The notes under the pieces were generated by a model. It saw nothing but the letters and a program-made list of their open reading frames with translations, was not told where the DNA came from and did no database searches. The position numbers and the translations under genes are program-made. A stretch of 13,825 bases of DNA from Candidatus Thorarchaeota archaeon SMTZ1-45 (GTDB lineage Archaea; Asgardarchaeota; Thorarchaeia; Thorarchaeales; Thorarchaeaceae). Numbering within the stretch: position 1 is the stretch's first letter; each line of letters opens with the position of its first letter. This document shows positions 1 to 8,166 of this stretch, in pieces. The DNA is taken from positions 1-13,825 of the forward strand of contig LRSL01000088.1 of assembly GCA_001563335.1 (NCBI GenBank), in the 5' to 3' direction.

Positions 1-711
1 CTCATGCGTGAGTCATCCAAATGGGCTGACCGAGTGCATAGGTATCTCCAAGAATACACTGAGGTTGGAGCAAATGAGATCGATGTAACAATCAAGGCTA
101 GTACACAAGGGTCTCACGATATGATGACTGAGATTGGTGGTGAATATCATCCGACTGGTTTTTCCATGTTTCCAGCGATAGCAGTATATAGAGGACAGAT
201 TGGACCCAATTCATATTTTCCTCATGCACTATCAAAGGGTCTTGTTTTCAAGAAGGGTGACACACTTGTGACTGGAGCATCCTCTGAAGTCTACGGTGTC
301 CAGTCTGAATTAGAGCGAACAATGTTCATGGGCGAACCAAGCAATAGGCAAAGAGAGCTCTTTGAAGCCATGCTTGCAGCACAAAATGCAGCTCTTGATG
401 CTGCTGGCCCTGGAGTCTATTGCTCAGATGTTGACCAAGCAGCACGTCAAGCTTTCAAAAACAAGGGTGTCATTCACCTGGTTAGACATCATACAGGACA
501 TGCTCTTGGAATGGAAGGGCATGAAAGACCTTTCTTGGATAAAGGATCTGAAGATGTTCTCGAACCCGGAATGATTTTCTCTTGCGAACCTGGAATTTAT
601 GAAAAAGGTCTTGGAGGATTCAGACATAGTGATACATTTGTTGTTACCGATGATGGGATTGATGTATTGACCAAGTATCCAGGGAATATAGAGAGTCTCA
701 TAATTGAATGA
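1..711 (+). CDS. M24 family (Xaa-Pro peptidase/creatinase pita-bread fold) hydrolase, 5'-truncated; non-canonical metal site
   Basis: The frame is open from base 1 (ctc atg...). It has the M24 catalytic-domain motifs PH (220-225), GDTLV, SELERT, HHTGHALGMEGHE, LEPGMIFSCEPGIY and GGFRHSDTFVVT. The N-terminal domain lies upstream of the window, so the ATG at 4 is probably internal. Confidence 0.9.
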   Translation, partial: LMRESSKWADRVHRYLQEYTEVGANEIDVTIKASTQGSHDMMTEIGGEYHPTGFSMFPAIAVYRGQIGPNSYFPHALSKGLVFKKGDTLVTGASSEVYGVQSELERTMFMGEPSNRQRELFEAMLAAQNAALDAAGPGVYCSDVDQAARQAFKNKGVIHLVRHHTGHALGMEGHERPFLDKGSEDVLEPGMIFSCEPGIYEKGLGGFRHSDTFVVTDDGIDVLTKYPGNIESLIIE

Positions 712-716
712 TTGTT

Positions 717-2024
717 CTAGACTCCACACCAATCGATGAGTGTAGTTGCTATTGTTTCTGCCGTCTTTACGGTGGATTCAATACTAACGAACTCATCAAA
801 AGAATGAATTCGCTCAGTATATGGTCCAAAGGTGACAGCTGGTATGTTTCGATGAGCGAAGAACCGTGTATCTAAACCTGCTGAACCACCTGTAAATTTT
901 GGTTCCGAACCGATAACATCAAAGATATTTTTCTTCATAAGTTTGACAAATGGACTCTCGAGATCAAGTAGGTGCGGCCTGGCATACCATCCAAACCATT
1001 CAATGACTGGTGGATTCTCTGCTAACCACTTGTCATTCTTAGCTATAGTCGCGATTGTATCCTCAACCTGTTTTTGGACTTCCTCTCTAGTTTCTCCAGG
1101 TGGCCAACCAATCCGAGTTACAAGCACAGCTTTAGCTGGTACTGTCGAAGGCCAATCACCTGATGAGATTGTTCCCATATTGATTGTGGTCACATGTCCT
1201 TTCATCCTTGGATCTGCTTCTTCAACAATACTGAAGCTTGTGGATTCTTGTCTTTTCACATTCAAGTCTTGTAATGCTTTGACAACTAACATCATCTTCT
1301 CTATGGCATTAACACCAAAATGTGCTGTTGCTGCATGCGCAGGAACTCCTTTTACAACAACTCGAAAATACATCACTCCTCCGCTGGCAACTCCAAGATT
1401 GTGATATGTAGGCTCGGGATTGATTGCAGCATCAACCCTTGGGCGAACAAGTCTAAGGAAAAGATTCCCTCCAACTCCACCATCTTCTTCTTCAATGGTT
1501 GTTTCGATTTGTATATCGCCCTTGAGCTGAATGTCTAGTTCCTGAACGGATTTAACTGCAATGAGCATAGCTGCAATTCCTGCCTTCATGTCTCCTGAAC
1601 CTCTACCATAGAGATGATCTCCATCTACCTCACCACCCCACGGATTTCTTGTCCAATCTTCAAGTGGTTCTGGACTCACAACATCAACATGACCTGTGAG
1701 ACACATTGACTTTCCTCCTCCAGAACCTTCAAGCGTAGCAACTACATTTGGTCTATTCTCATATCCAACTCTGGAATATGAAGTTGTTTCAAAATAATCT
1801 ACATCTTTTTGCAGAACCTCTAAATCAGGGTTCATCATTTCAGGTTTGAGTTTCATATCTTTGAGGACTTTGTATACAAAATCTTGAATCTTGAATTCAT
1901 CTCCAGAAACGCTTGGGATTTTAACTAAACTCTGAATAAGTTTAACAAGTTGGTCTTCATTCTCTCTAATCCAATTTCTTACCAAATTCTTGAGTTTATC
2001 ACTTGTCACCGTTAAACCTTCCAT
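717..2024 (-). CDS. M20A metallo-amidohydrolase, ArgE/DapE family deacylase
   Basis: Motifs LVKIPSVSG, GHVDVV, LYGRGSGDMKAG, IEEEDGG, NPEP, G..AHA and FGP....IHSFDE give a complete set of metal ligands and the catalytic Glu. The start may be ATG 2024 (overlapping the upstream stop) or GTG 2009. Confidence 0.9.
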   Translation of the reverse strand: MEGLTVTSDKLKNLVRNWIRENEDQLVKLIQSLVKIPSVSGDEFKIQDFVYKVLKDMKLKPEMMNPDLEVLQKDVDYFETTSYSRVGYENRPNVVATLEGSGGGKSMCLTGHVDVVSPEPLEDWTRNPWGGEVDGDHLYGRGSGDMKAGIAAMLIAVKSVQELDIQLKGDIQIETTIEEEDGGVGGNLFLRLVRPRVDAAINPEPTYHNLGVASGGVMYFRVVVKGVPAHAATAHFGVNAIEKMMLVVKALQDLNVKRQESTSFSIVEEADPRMKGHVTTINMGTISSGDWPSTVPAKAVLVTRIGWPPGETREEVQKQVEDTIATIAKNDKWLAENPPVIEWFGWYARPHLLDLESPFVKLMKKNIFDVIGSEPKFTGGSAGLDTRFFAHRNIPAVTFGPYTERIHSFDEFVSIESTVKTAETIATTLIDWCGV

Positions 2025-2902
2025 TCTCTGATATTTTTCTGAACTTTGTGTTCTCCAAGGTCTTTGAAAACTTCTCCTTCCAGCAGTTTCTGATAAGGTG
2101 GGAAGTTACCACCAACAGCACTGTCTCTAAGAGCTTTCCATACTGGAGTAATTCCGAATGAGCCATTCTGACGAACCCATGCAACTTTTTCCAGATCTAT
2201 GATTTCGGTCATTATTTCCTCATGAGTCCCCACTTGTTGGAGGATTCTTCCTTCAGGATCTGCGAAAATAGACCTCCCTCCACCTTTGCTGCTGATAATG
2301 TTTGAGTTCAAAACATAGCACTGATTCATGATTGCTTGAGCTGGCACTAGTATCAATTCAGCATCACGATCAGGTGTGTAGGTCGCTGATGGCTGAAGAA
2401 TTACTTCTGCTCCCATCCATGCAAGTGTACGGAATAACTCTGGAAACCATAAATCATAGCAAATCACTAGACCTATCTTTGTTATTCCTGGAATCTCAAA
2501 AACCACAAAGTCAGAGCCCTTTGCTATATCTTCGAATGGCTCCCAGGGGTATATCTTCCGATATTTCGCAACCATCACTCCTCTCGGATTAAACACAATA
2601 GCTGTGTTGTATATCTCAGACCCATCAATCTCCAGAAATGATCCTGGAACCAACCAACACCCAATCTCCTGTGCTAGATTGGATAGTTTCTCTGTAAGCT
2701 CACCTGGAATATTGATTGCTTCATCTTTCCAATCATTCTTTCCATATGGTTGAAGCAACAACTCTCCTGTGAATATTAAATCAACCCAGGGGTATGTCGT
2801 TTTTACCCACCGAGCTGTACCCACGAAGTTCTCAAGAGTGGCTGTAGGATTCTGTGCGTCTTTTTTCAATTGTAAGCCTGCAATTCCAAGTTTTCGTGAC
2901 AT
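2012..2902 (-). CDS. Carbon-nitrogen hydrolase (nitrilase superfamily) amidase
   Basis: The Glu-Lys-Cys triad is present in FTGEL, KYRKIYPWEPFE and ICYDLWFPE, with YNTAIVF and GAEVIL also seen. RKxxPWxPxE resembles the aliphatic amidase/formamidase branch. Confidence 0.9.
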   Translation of the reverse strand: MSRKLGIAGLQLKKDAQNPTATLENFVGTARWVKTTYPWVDLIFTGELLLQPYGKNDWKDEAINIPGELTEKLSNLAQEIGCWLVPGSFLEIDGSEIYNTAIVFNPRGVMVAKYRKIYPWEPFEDIAKGSDFVVFEIPGITKIGLVICYDLWFPELFRTLAWMGAEVILQPSATYTPDRDAELILVPAQAIMNQCYVLNSNIISSKGGGRSIFADPEGRILQQVGTHEEIMTEIIDLEKVAWVRQNGSFGITPVWKALRDSAVGGNFPPYQKLLEGEVFKDLGEHKVQKNIREWKV

Positions 2903-2906
2903 ATTC

Positions 2907-2914
2907 TCAACTCC
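2907..2914 (-). promoter_or_regulatory. Putative Shine-Dalgarno site (GGAGTTGA) for the nitrilase-family gene
   Basis: The minus strand reads GGAGTTGAgaatATG, one mismatch from GGAGGTGA. Confidence 0.55.
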
Positions 2915-2932
2915 ATTATTATTCGAACTTCA

Positions 2933-4735
2933 TTACCCTTCTAAGAAGGTAGATATTCCATTGGAAATATTATCCAGTATTTCTGTTAAATTCGAAATCT
3001 CACTCTCTATCTCCTGAAAGATCTTGGATCTTTCTTCTTCAAGCAAAGATAGAGGCTCATGTACTTTTATCCAGTTGTAGGGATTCTCCCTCTGTTTATT
3101 CAGTTTAATTGCTGAATGTATTCCTACGTTAGAGATAGGCATGCTTCGTATTGCCCTAATCGCTACATTGAGATCGATATAGTCCTCGATCAATTCCATG
3201 CGTGCAAGGTAACTTGTATCATTAGGTGGGCTTCTTCTCCAAATCCATCCAATTGTCTTGTTCATCATCCTTGTTGATGATAGCAAGAAACGATTCAATT
3301 CTTTTTTCTCAACACTAGTACCCTTTTCCGTGATTCTCTTTATTTCCCTTTCAAAGTGTTTTTTCTGATTTAATATCCTAATAATCTTTGAGAGTAACTG
3401 CGAGAGATCAAAAGGACTGTCTTTCCGTCTAGTATGACTTGAGAGAATCTCTTGAAATATAGATAGGGGTCGAAATAGATTCACTGGTATGACCTCAGAA
3501 CTTGCTAGATGCAAAAGCATGTCTTTTAGGAACTCTGCGTAGAATCGAATAACATCATAATCCAGATGCTCCGCATCATCTTTCTGAGTATGATACAAAT
3601 CACTGTAATCTGCAACACAATAGATTGCTGGTACACCAATAATTTCAAAGAACCAGTGGTCACTTTCATATCCAGGGGGTTCATAATACTCTATATCCAA
3701 ACCCTTTGCATCTTTCTTGACATTTGTGGTTATCTCGAAGAGGTCTGATGTTACTCCTATTTGGTTCCGTACTGGAGCTGGGAATCCAATTGAATCCATT
3801 ACAAGAATTGCAACCGCATTCTCTACGCTATCTGGGTTGTCGTTAATATAGGCTTTAGAACCGTTACACCAATAGTAGAAGTCCTTCGAACCACTTTCTT
3901 GAGCTCCAAAGAGGATAAAACGTACATTCCTCTTAAGATCTCGTCCATCTTTGATATGTTTCTGAATAAGTCTTGCAAGCTCTAGAATGATTGCATTTGG
4001 TGCTGCATTCTCAGCAGCACCTTTGAACCATGCGTCGGTGTGAGCACCAATCACAATTTCCTCTTTAGACTCCCTAGTAGCATGTATCATTGCGACGAGA
4101 TTCTGGGATTCTCCCCTATCAGAGTATTCAATGTCAATGTCGATTTCGACATCTACTGGTCCCTTTTTGATTAGGCTGAAGAGAAAATCTCCATCCTCCT
4201 TTGTCACATTAAGGGCTGGGATTTTGAGGAGTTCTCCAGATGATATCACGACTACTTTGTGGAGCTCACCTTCTTTGGGAGAAGTTATAATGACTGCTTT
4301 TGTTTTGTGATCCAAAGCGCTGAAGTAAGCTTTCATTGGACCAAGAAAAAGATCAGATCCCCAAGTTGTTACTCCAATCATACCATGGTTCTCTTCAAGA
4401 ATTTCTGGATACATAGTTTGTAGTTGGAATAGCTGACCTTCTATTTTCGCAGATTTAGAGTACGGTAATACCACTGCCTTGATCTCTTTTTGCACAGGTT
4501 TTGTTACTCTAAAATTGCAGGACATAGGTTGCCATGAGTGTACCTCAAATGCCTGTTCGGAAATGTCACTTAGACCGTATTCAAGTAGTCGTTTCTTCAG
4601 ATACCTCACTGCTTTTTTCTCTGCTTCCGAACCTGCTATCTTGTCCTCAATTGAACAAAGCTTTTCAACTGTTTTACGAATCTCATCAATTGAAACTTCA
4701 TCCATTGAAATAGTTTCGTGACTTAGAGCAGTCAA
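2933..4735 (-). CDS. M28 family peptidase-like protein (paralog A) with PA-like insert and helical C-terminal domain; degenerate active site
   Basis: Motifs IVIGAHTD, GAAEN, ILELAR, RNVRFILFGAQESG, MDSIG, SDH and YHT are present. It is colinear with 6151..7992. The TTG start overlaps the upstream TGA (TTGA, 4732-4735); a downstream ATG (MDEVSID) is an alternative start. Confidence 0.85.
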   Translation of the reverse strand: MTALSHETISMDEVSIDEIRKTVEKLCSIEDKIAGSEAEKKAVRYLKKRLLEYGLSDISEQAFEVHSWQPMSCNFRVTKPVQKEIKAVVLPYSKSAKIEGQLFQLQTMYPEILEENHGMIGVTTWGSDLFLGPMKAYFSALDHKTKAVIITSPKEGELHKVVVISSGELLKIPALNVTKEDGDFLFSLIKKGPVDVEIDIDIEYSDRGESQNLVAMIHATRESKEEIVIGAHTDAWFKGAAENAAPNAIILELARLIQKHIKDGRDLKRNVRFILFGAQESGSKDFYYWCNGSKAYINDNPDSVENAVAILVMDSIGFPAPVRNQIGVTSDLFEITTNVKKDAKGLDIEYYEPPGYESDHWFFEIIGVPAIYCVADYSDLYHTQKDDAEHLDYDVIRFYAEFLKDMLLHLASSEVIPVNLFRPLSIFQEILSSHTRRKDSPFDLSQLLSKIIRILNQKKHFEREIKRITEKGTSVEKKELNRFLLSSTRMMNKTIGWIWRRSPPNDTSYLARMELIEDYIDLNVAIRAIRSMPISNVGIHSAIKLNKQRENPYNWIKVHEPLSLLEEERSKIFQEIESEISNLTEILDNISNGISTFLEG

Positions 4736-6027
4736 ATCCGTTTTACTTCCTCTTCAAATATATTTAGAACTCTAGTTGCTTGTTCTGATGTGATACACAA
4801 TGGTGGTTGAATTCTGAGAACATTTCCTTTAACACCACCAGTTCCAACCAAAACTCCCTTCTCCATCATATGCTTAGCAACATCAGAAGCTTCATCAGAG
4901 GCTGGTTTCTTTGTCTTATCATCTTTGATCAATTCTATACCAATCATCAGACCTTTGCCTCTGACCTCCCCAATTGAATTGATTTGGTTTTCCAACTCAG
5001 ACAATCCCTTCATAATCTGAAATCCGATCTTCTCGGCATTTAATACCAAACCTGCCTCTTGGAGATAATCAATATTGGCAGATGCGACAGCACAAGAAAC
5101 TGGATTTCCACCAAATGTTGAGAAATGATCTCCTGACTGAAGTGAGTCAGCAATTTCTTTTGTTGTGACATAACCTCCAATGGGCATACCTGCTCCAAGA
5201 CCTTTTGCCATAGTTATGATATCTGGTTTGATATCCCAATGTTCTATTGCAAACATCCTACCAGTTCTCCCAAAGCCCGATTGAACCTCGTCAGCAATAT
5301 AGATGATATCATGTTCTTTGCAGATCTGTTGAACAAGTTCATGATATTCATCTGGTGGTACAACTATTCCTCCTTCACCCATGACAGGTTCCACAATCAT
5401 TGCAGCTACATCAGCGCTTGTATGATATTTGATGATGTCTTCCACTTTTCTAGCGCAGTCAATGTCACAGTCTGGGTATGATAATGGACAGTGATAACAA
5501 TAGGGCATTGGAGCATGGACAACTCCAGGGAAATTCGCAAAGGTTCCAAAACCCTTCTTGTATTTTGCTTGGCCTGTTAAGGTTAATGACAATCCAAGTC
5601 GACCATGGAAAGATCCTTCAAGAGCAATGAGTCCTGCACCAGTTCTTCCTTGAGTGACTGCATATTTCTTTGTTATCTTAATCGCTCCTTCCACTGCCTC
5701 AGCACCACTGTTTACAAAGAAGGACTTCTTCAATGAGGCTGGAGTAATCTCAGCTATCTTCTCAGCCAGAAGAGTTGCAGGGACATTATGGTAGAGTCCA
5801 GAACAATGAATCAGCTTAGCCATTTGTTCCTGACCTGCACGCACAAGTTTCTCAGGGCAATGTCCTGCATTTACAACAGCTATACCACTTAAGCAGTCAA
5901 TGTACTCTTTTCCATCTGCATCTTTTACTACTGCATCCTTGCCCTCTACGATTACTAGTGGTTTCTTAGCATACGCTGGGACGTAGTACTCTTTCTCTTT
6001 TTCCATTATTTCTTTCGGATCAACCAA
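4732..6027 (-). CDS. Class III PLP-dependent aminotransferase (ArgD/GabT-like omega-aminotransferase)
   Basis: Motifs DADGKEYID, NSGAEAVE, GSFHGR, EPVMGEGG, ADEVQSGFGRTG, DIITMAKGLG (PLP Lys), STFGGNP and RIQPPL are present. The TTG start has an SD upstream. Confidence 0.95.
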   Translation of the reverse strand: MVDPKEIMEKEKEYYVPAYAKKPLVIVEGKDAVVKDADGKEYIDCLSGIAVVNAGHCPEKLVRAGQEQMAKLIHCSGLYHNVPATLLAEKIAEITPASLKKSFFVNSGAEAVEGAIKITKKYAVTQGRTGAGLIALEGSFHGRLGLSLTLTGQAKYKKGFGTFANFPGVVHAPMPYCYHCPLSYPDCDIDCARKVEDIIKYHTSADVAAMIVEPVMGEGGIVVPPDEYHELVQQICKEHDIIYIADEVQSGFGRTGRMFAIEHWDIKPDIITMAKGLGAGMPIGGYVTTKEIADSLQSGDHFSTFGGNPVSCAVASANIDYLQEAGLVLNAEKIGFQIMKGLSELENQINSIGEVRGKGLMIGIELIKDDKTKKPASDEASDVAKHMMEKGVLVGTGGVKGNVLRIQPPLCITSEQATRVLNIFEEEVKRI

Positions 6028-6034
6028 ATTTGAA

Positions 6035-6042
6035 CCTCTCCT
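6035..6042 (-). promoter_or_regulatory. Putative Shine-Dalgarno site (AGGAGAGG) for the aminotransferase
   Basis: The minus strand reads AGGAGAGGttcaaatTTG, with 7-nt spacing to the start at 6027. Confidence 0.6.
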
Positions 6043-6085
6043 GAGTAAGTATTAGACTATCTAGATGATTGAATGTGAATAGTGC

Positions 6086-6133
6086 ATGAACAATAATAAG
6101 AAACGTTGCAACAAAGGTGTACATGAGTGAACA
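6086..6133 (-). promoter_or_regulatory. Conserved 48-bp promoter/operator element, copy 1 (upstream of aminotransferase operon)
   Basis: ATGAACAATAATAAGAAACGTTGCAACAAAGGTGTACATGAGTGAACA is 43/48 identical to 8040-8087. The minus strand reads TGTTCA-N4-TGTACA, TTGTT, GCAACG, a TATA-like TTTCTTAT and TTGTTCA. Confidence 0.75.
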
Positions 6134-6150
6134 CCTTTTTACGCAACCTT

Positions 6151-7992
6151 TCATTTATCCATCAACTCTTTGAGTTCAGACATAATATTGTTCAAAAACT
6201 CTGAGAGTGATGCAATCTCTTGCTCAATCTCCTTTCCAATTCTTGTACGTTCGCTTTCCAATTTCGCTAGAGAGTCATGAACACTGAGCCAATTATATGG
6301 GTTGTCAGACTTGGACTCAATTCTCTTGGCTGAATCTAGGTCGAAGGTAGCAACTGGGATATTTCGTAGACTCTTGATAGAATTGGTGAGATGAATATAG
6401 TCTTCAATCATCTCGAAGCGGTACAAATAGTCAACGCTGTAAGTTTCTATTGGACGAGTATTCCAACCTATAGTACGATTACATCCATTAGCAACTTTCA
6501 TCAGAAACTTGTTAATTCTCGTTACATCTTTAGGTTTGCCTTTTTGATCAATGGAAGAAAGAAGTTTTGTGAAGGAAGACTTGTGTTTCATGAAGTCCTT
6601 CACTTTAGCAATAATTGATAACAGATCAAACGGGTTCCCATCCATTTTGCTATACTTAGTAAGAATTTCATAGAATTTCTCAAGTGGCACAAAGATATCC
6701 ATTGGCAAAAGATCAGTGCTAGAGAGATAGGATAGTGCGTTTTTCATGAATTCTGCATAGAAATGCAATGCATCATAATCCAAATGGTTGGGATCATCTT
6801 TTGTTGTATGATAAAGGGGACTTGGTTGGGCTATTCCATGTTCTGATACAATTCCAGACACACCGTAGATTGTTGGAACTCCTGATAATTCAAAGAACCA
6901 ATGGTCACTACCATAACTGGGGGGGACTTTATATGTGAGAGATCGAGCTCTCCCATGCTCCACAGTCAATGATTTCGCGAATCCATGCATTTCTCCAGTG
7001 GTGTATATCCAATCTATTGATGGAGAGGCATATCCTGTAGAGTCTAAACTCAAAACTGCGATAGTTCTGGCGACTGATTCTTTGTTGTTTCTTACATACG
7101 CTCTTGATCCATTGAGCCAGAAATAGAAGTTATCAGTTCCACTTTCCTCGGCACCATAGAAAAGGAATCGTATGGTTCTCCTTGGAACATTGCCTGATTT
7201 AGCATGATTTTGAAAAATCCTTGCAAGTTCAAGCACAATAGCTACAGGAGCGCAATTATCAGCTGCTCCTTGGAACCATGAGTCATAATGTGCTCCTATA
7301 ACGATCTCCTCAGTCGTTGTTCTATCACCCTCAAGAATTGCCACCACATTGAAAGAATCGAGCCTTTCTGATATTTCTACTTCAGTTTTAATTTTTACAA
7401 CAACATCGCCATCATTCATCAATGAGAGAAGAGAATCTCCCTCTTCTTTAGTGATACAGACAACTGGTATTTTGAGGAGTCCTCCTGGAATGACAACGAC
7501 TTTTAGCATATTGCCTTCATCCTTGGCTGAAACAATTATGCCCTCATAACCGAGTTTTACAGCACGTAAGTATGTATACCTTGGACTAAGGTAAGTATCA
7601 GGTCCCCATTCGGAGAAAGCAACTCGACCTTTCCCGAATAAGGATGCACTCGATTCATTCTCATCAATCTCCCAATCAACAGGGGAAAGCAATCCTTCGA
7701 TTGACTCTGATTTGCCATGTGGAAATAGCGCAGATTCTAATTCCTTCTCAATTGGCTTGGTTATTCTGACTCTACAGGATTTTGGGTTCCATCCATGAAC
7801 ATCAAACGACTGCTTTTCAACATGTGAAAAGCCATAGTCCTTCAAACAACCATAAAGATAATTGGCTGCCTGAATCTCTGTATCTGTCCCGGCAACTTTC
7901 ACACCAAGGTCACATAGATATTCCACAGTCTTTCGTATTTTGTCGATGGAGGTGGTTTCTATATTCATTCTACTGATCCCCATAGATAGCAA
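6151..7992 (-). CDS. M28 family metallopeptidase (paralog B) with PA-like insert and helical C-terminal domain; intact active site
   Basis: Motifs IVIGAHYDS, GAADN, VLELAR, RTIRFLFYGAEESG, LSLDSTG, GSDH and YHT are present. There is no signal peptide. The true start may be ATG 7968 (MNIETTSID), which aligns with paralog A. Confidence 0.9.
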   Translation of the reverse strand: MLSMGISRMNIETTSIDKIRKTVEYLCDLGVKVAGTDTEIQAANYLYGCLKDYGFSHVEKQSFDVHGWNPKSCRVRITKPIEKELESALFPHGKSESIEGLLSPVDWEIDENESSASLFGKGRVAFSEWGPDTYLSPRYTYLRAVKLGYEGIIVSAKDEGNMLKVVVIPGGLLKIPVVCITKEEGDSLLSLMNDGDVVVKIKTEVEISERLDSFNVVAILEGDRTTTEEIVIGAHYDSWFQGAADNCAPVAIVLELARIFQNHAKSGNVPRRTIRFLFYGAEESGTDNFYFWLNGSRAYVRNNKESVARTIAVLSLDSTGYASPSIDWIYTTGEMHGFAKSLTVEHGRARSLTYKVPPSYGSDHWFFELSGVPTIYGVSGIVSEHGIAQPSPLYHTTKDDPNHLDYDALHFYAEFMKNALSYLSSTDLLPMDIFVPLEKFYEILTKYSKMDGNPFDLLSIIAKVKDFMKHKSSFTKLLSSIDQKGKPKDVTRINKFLMKVANGCNRTIGWNTRPIETYSVDYLYRFEMIEDYIHLTNSIKSLRNIPVATFDLDSAKRIESKSDNPYNWLSVHDSLAKLESERTRIGKEIEQEIASLSEFLNNIMSELKELMDK

Positions 7993-8039
7993 TTAACTCA
8001 GGATTGATCGATTAAATTGGGAGAGATAATTCTTGGATT

Positions 8040-8087
8040 ATGAACAATGATAAGAAATGTTGCAACAAAAATGTACATGAATGAACA
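8040..8087 (-). promoter_or_regulatory. Conserved 48-bp promoter/operator element, copy 2 (upstream of M28 paralog B, in a divergent intergenic region)
   Basis: ATGAACAATGATAAGAAATGTTGCAACAAAAATGTACATGAATGAACA is a direct repeat of 6086-6133 with 5 mismatches. It contains the perfect palindrome TGTTGCAACA and TGTACA-N4-TGAACA. Confidence 0.75.
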
Positions 8088-8166
8088 AGAATGGTATTTA
8101 CTGGTAAAAGAACATATAGCATTCGGTGACAAAAATTAAGAATAGAATTTATAGCTCATGAGTTGA

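Noticed and set aside
2933-4735. M28 paralog A as a pseudogene
   Set aside because: The 600-aa ORF is full length, uninterrupted, colinear with paralog B and coupled within an operon. The changes I noticed in conserved motifs fall at two active-site residues.
4732-6027. Aminotransferase as a class III-fold amino-acid racemase, or a specific argD/gabT call
   Set aside because: It has EPVMGEGG with the Glu typical of transaminases, whereas as I recall the racemase/epimerase members carry Asp there. The motifs do not discriminate substrate, so no gene symbol was given.
1-6027. Canonical ectoine degradation (doe/eut) operon
   Set aside because: The family composition is only analogous. No AstE/AspA-type EutE, semialdehyde dehydrogenase or ectoine-type transporter is visible, and orthology cannot be established by eye.
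6086-8087. 48-bp repeats as CRISPR repeats or as the ends of a mobile element flanking M28-B
   Set aside because: There are only two copies ~1.9 kb apart, with no spacers, cas, transposase or integrase gene. Their position and a third oppositely oriented copy fit promoters better.
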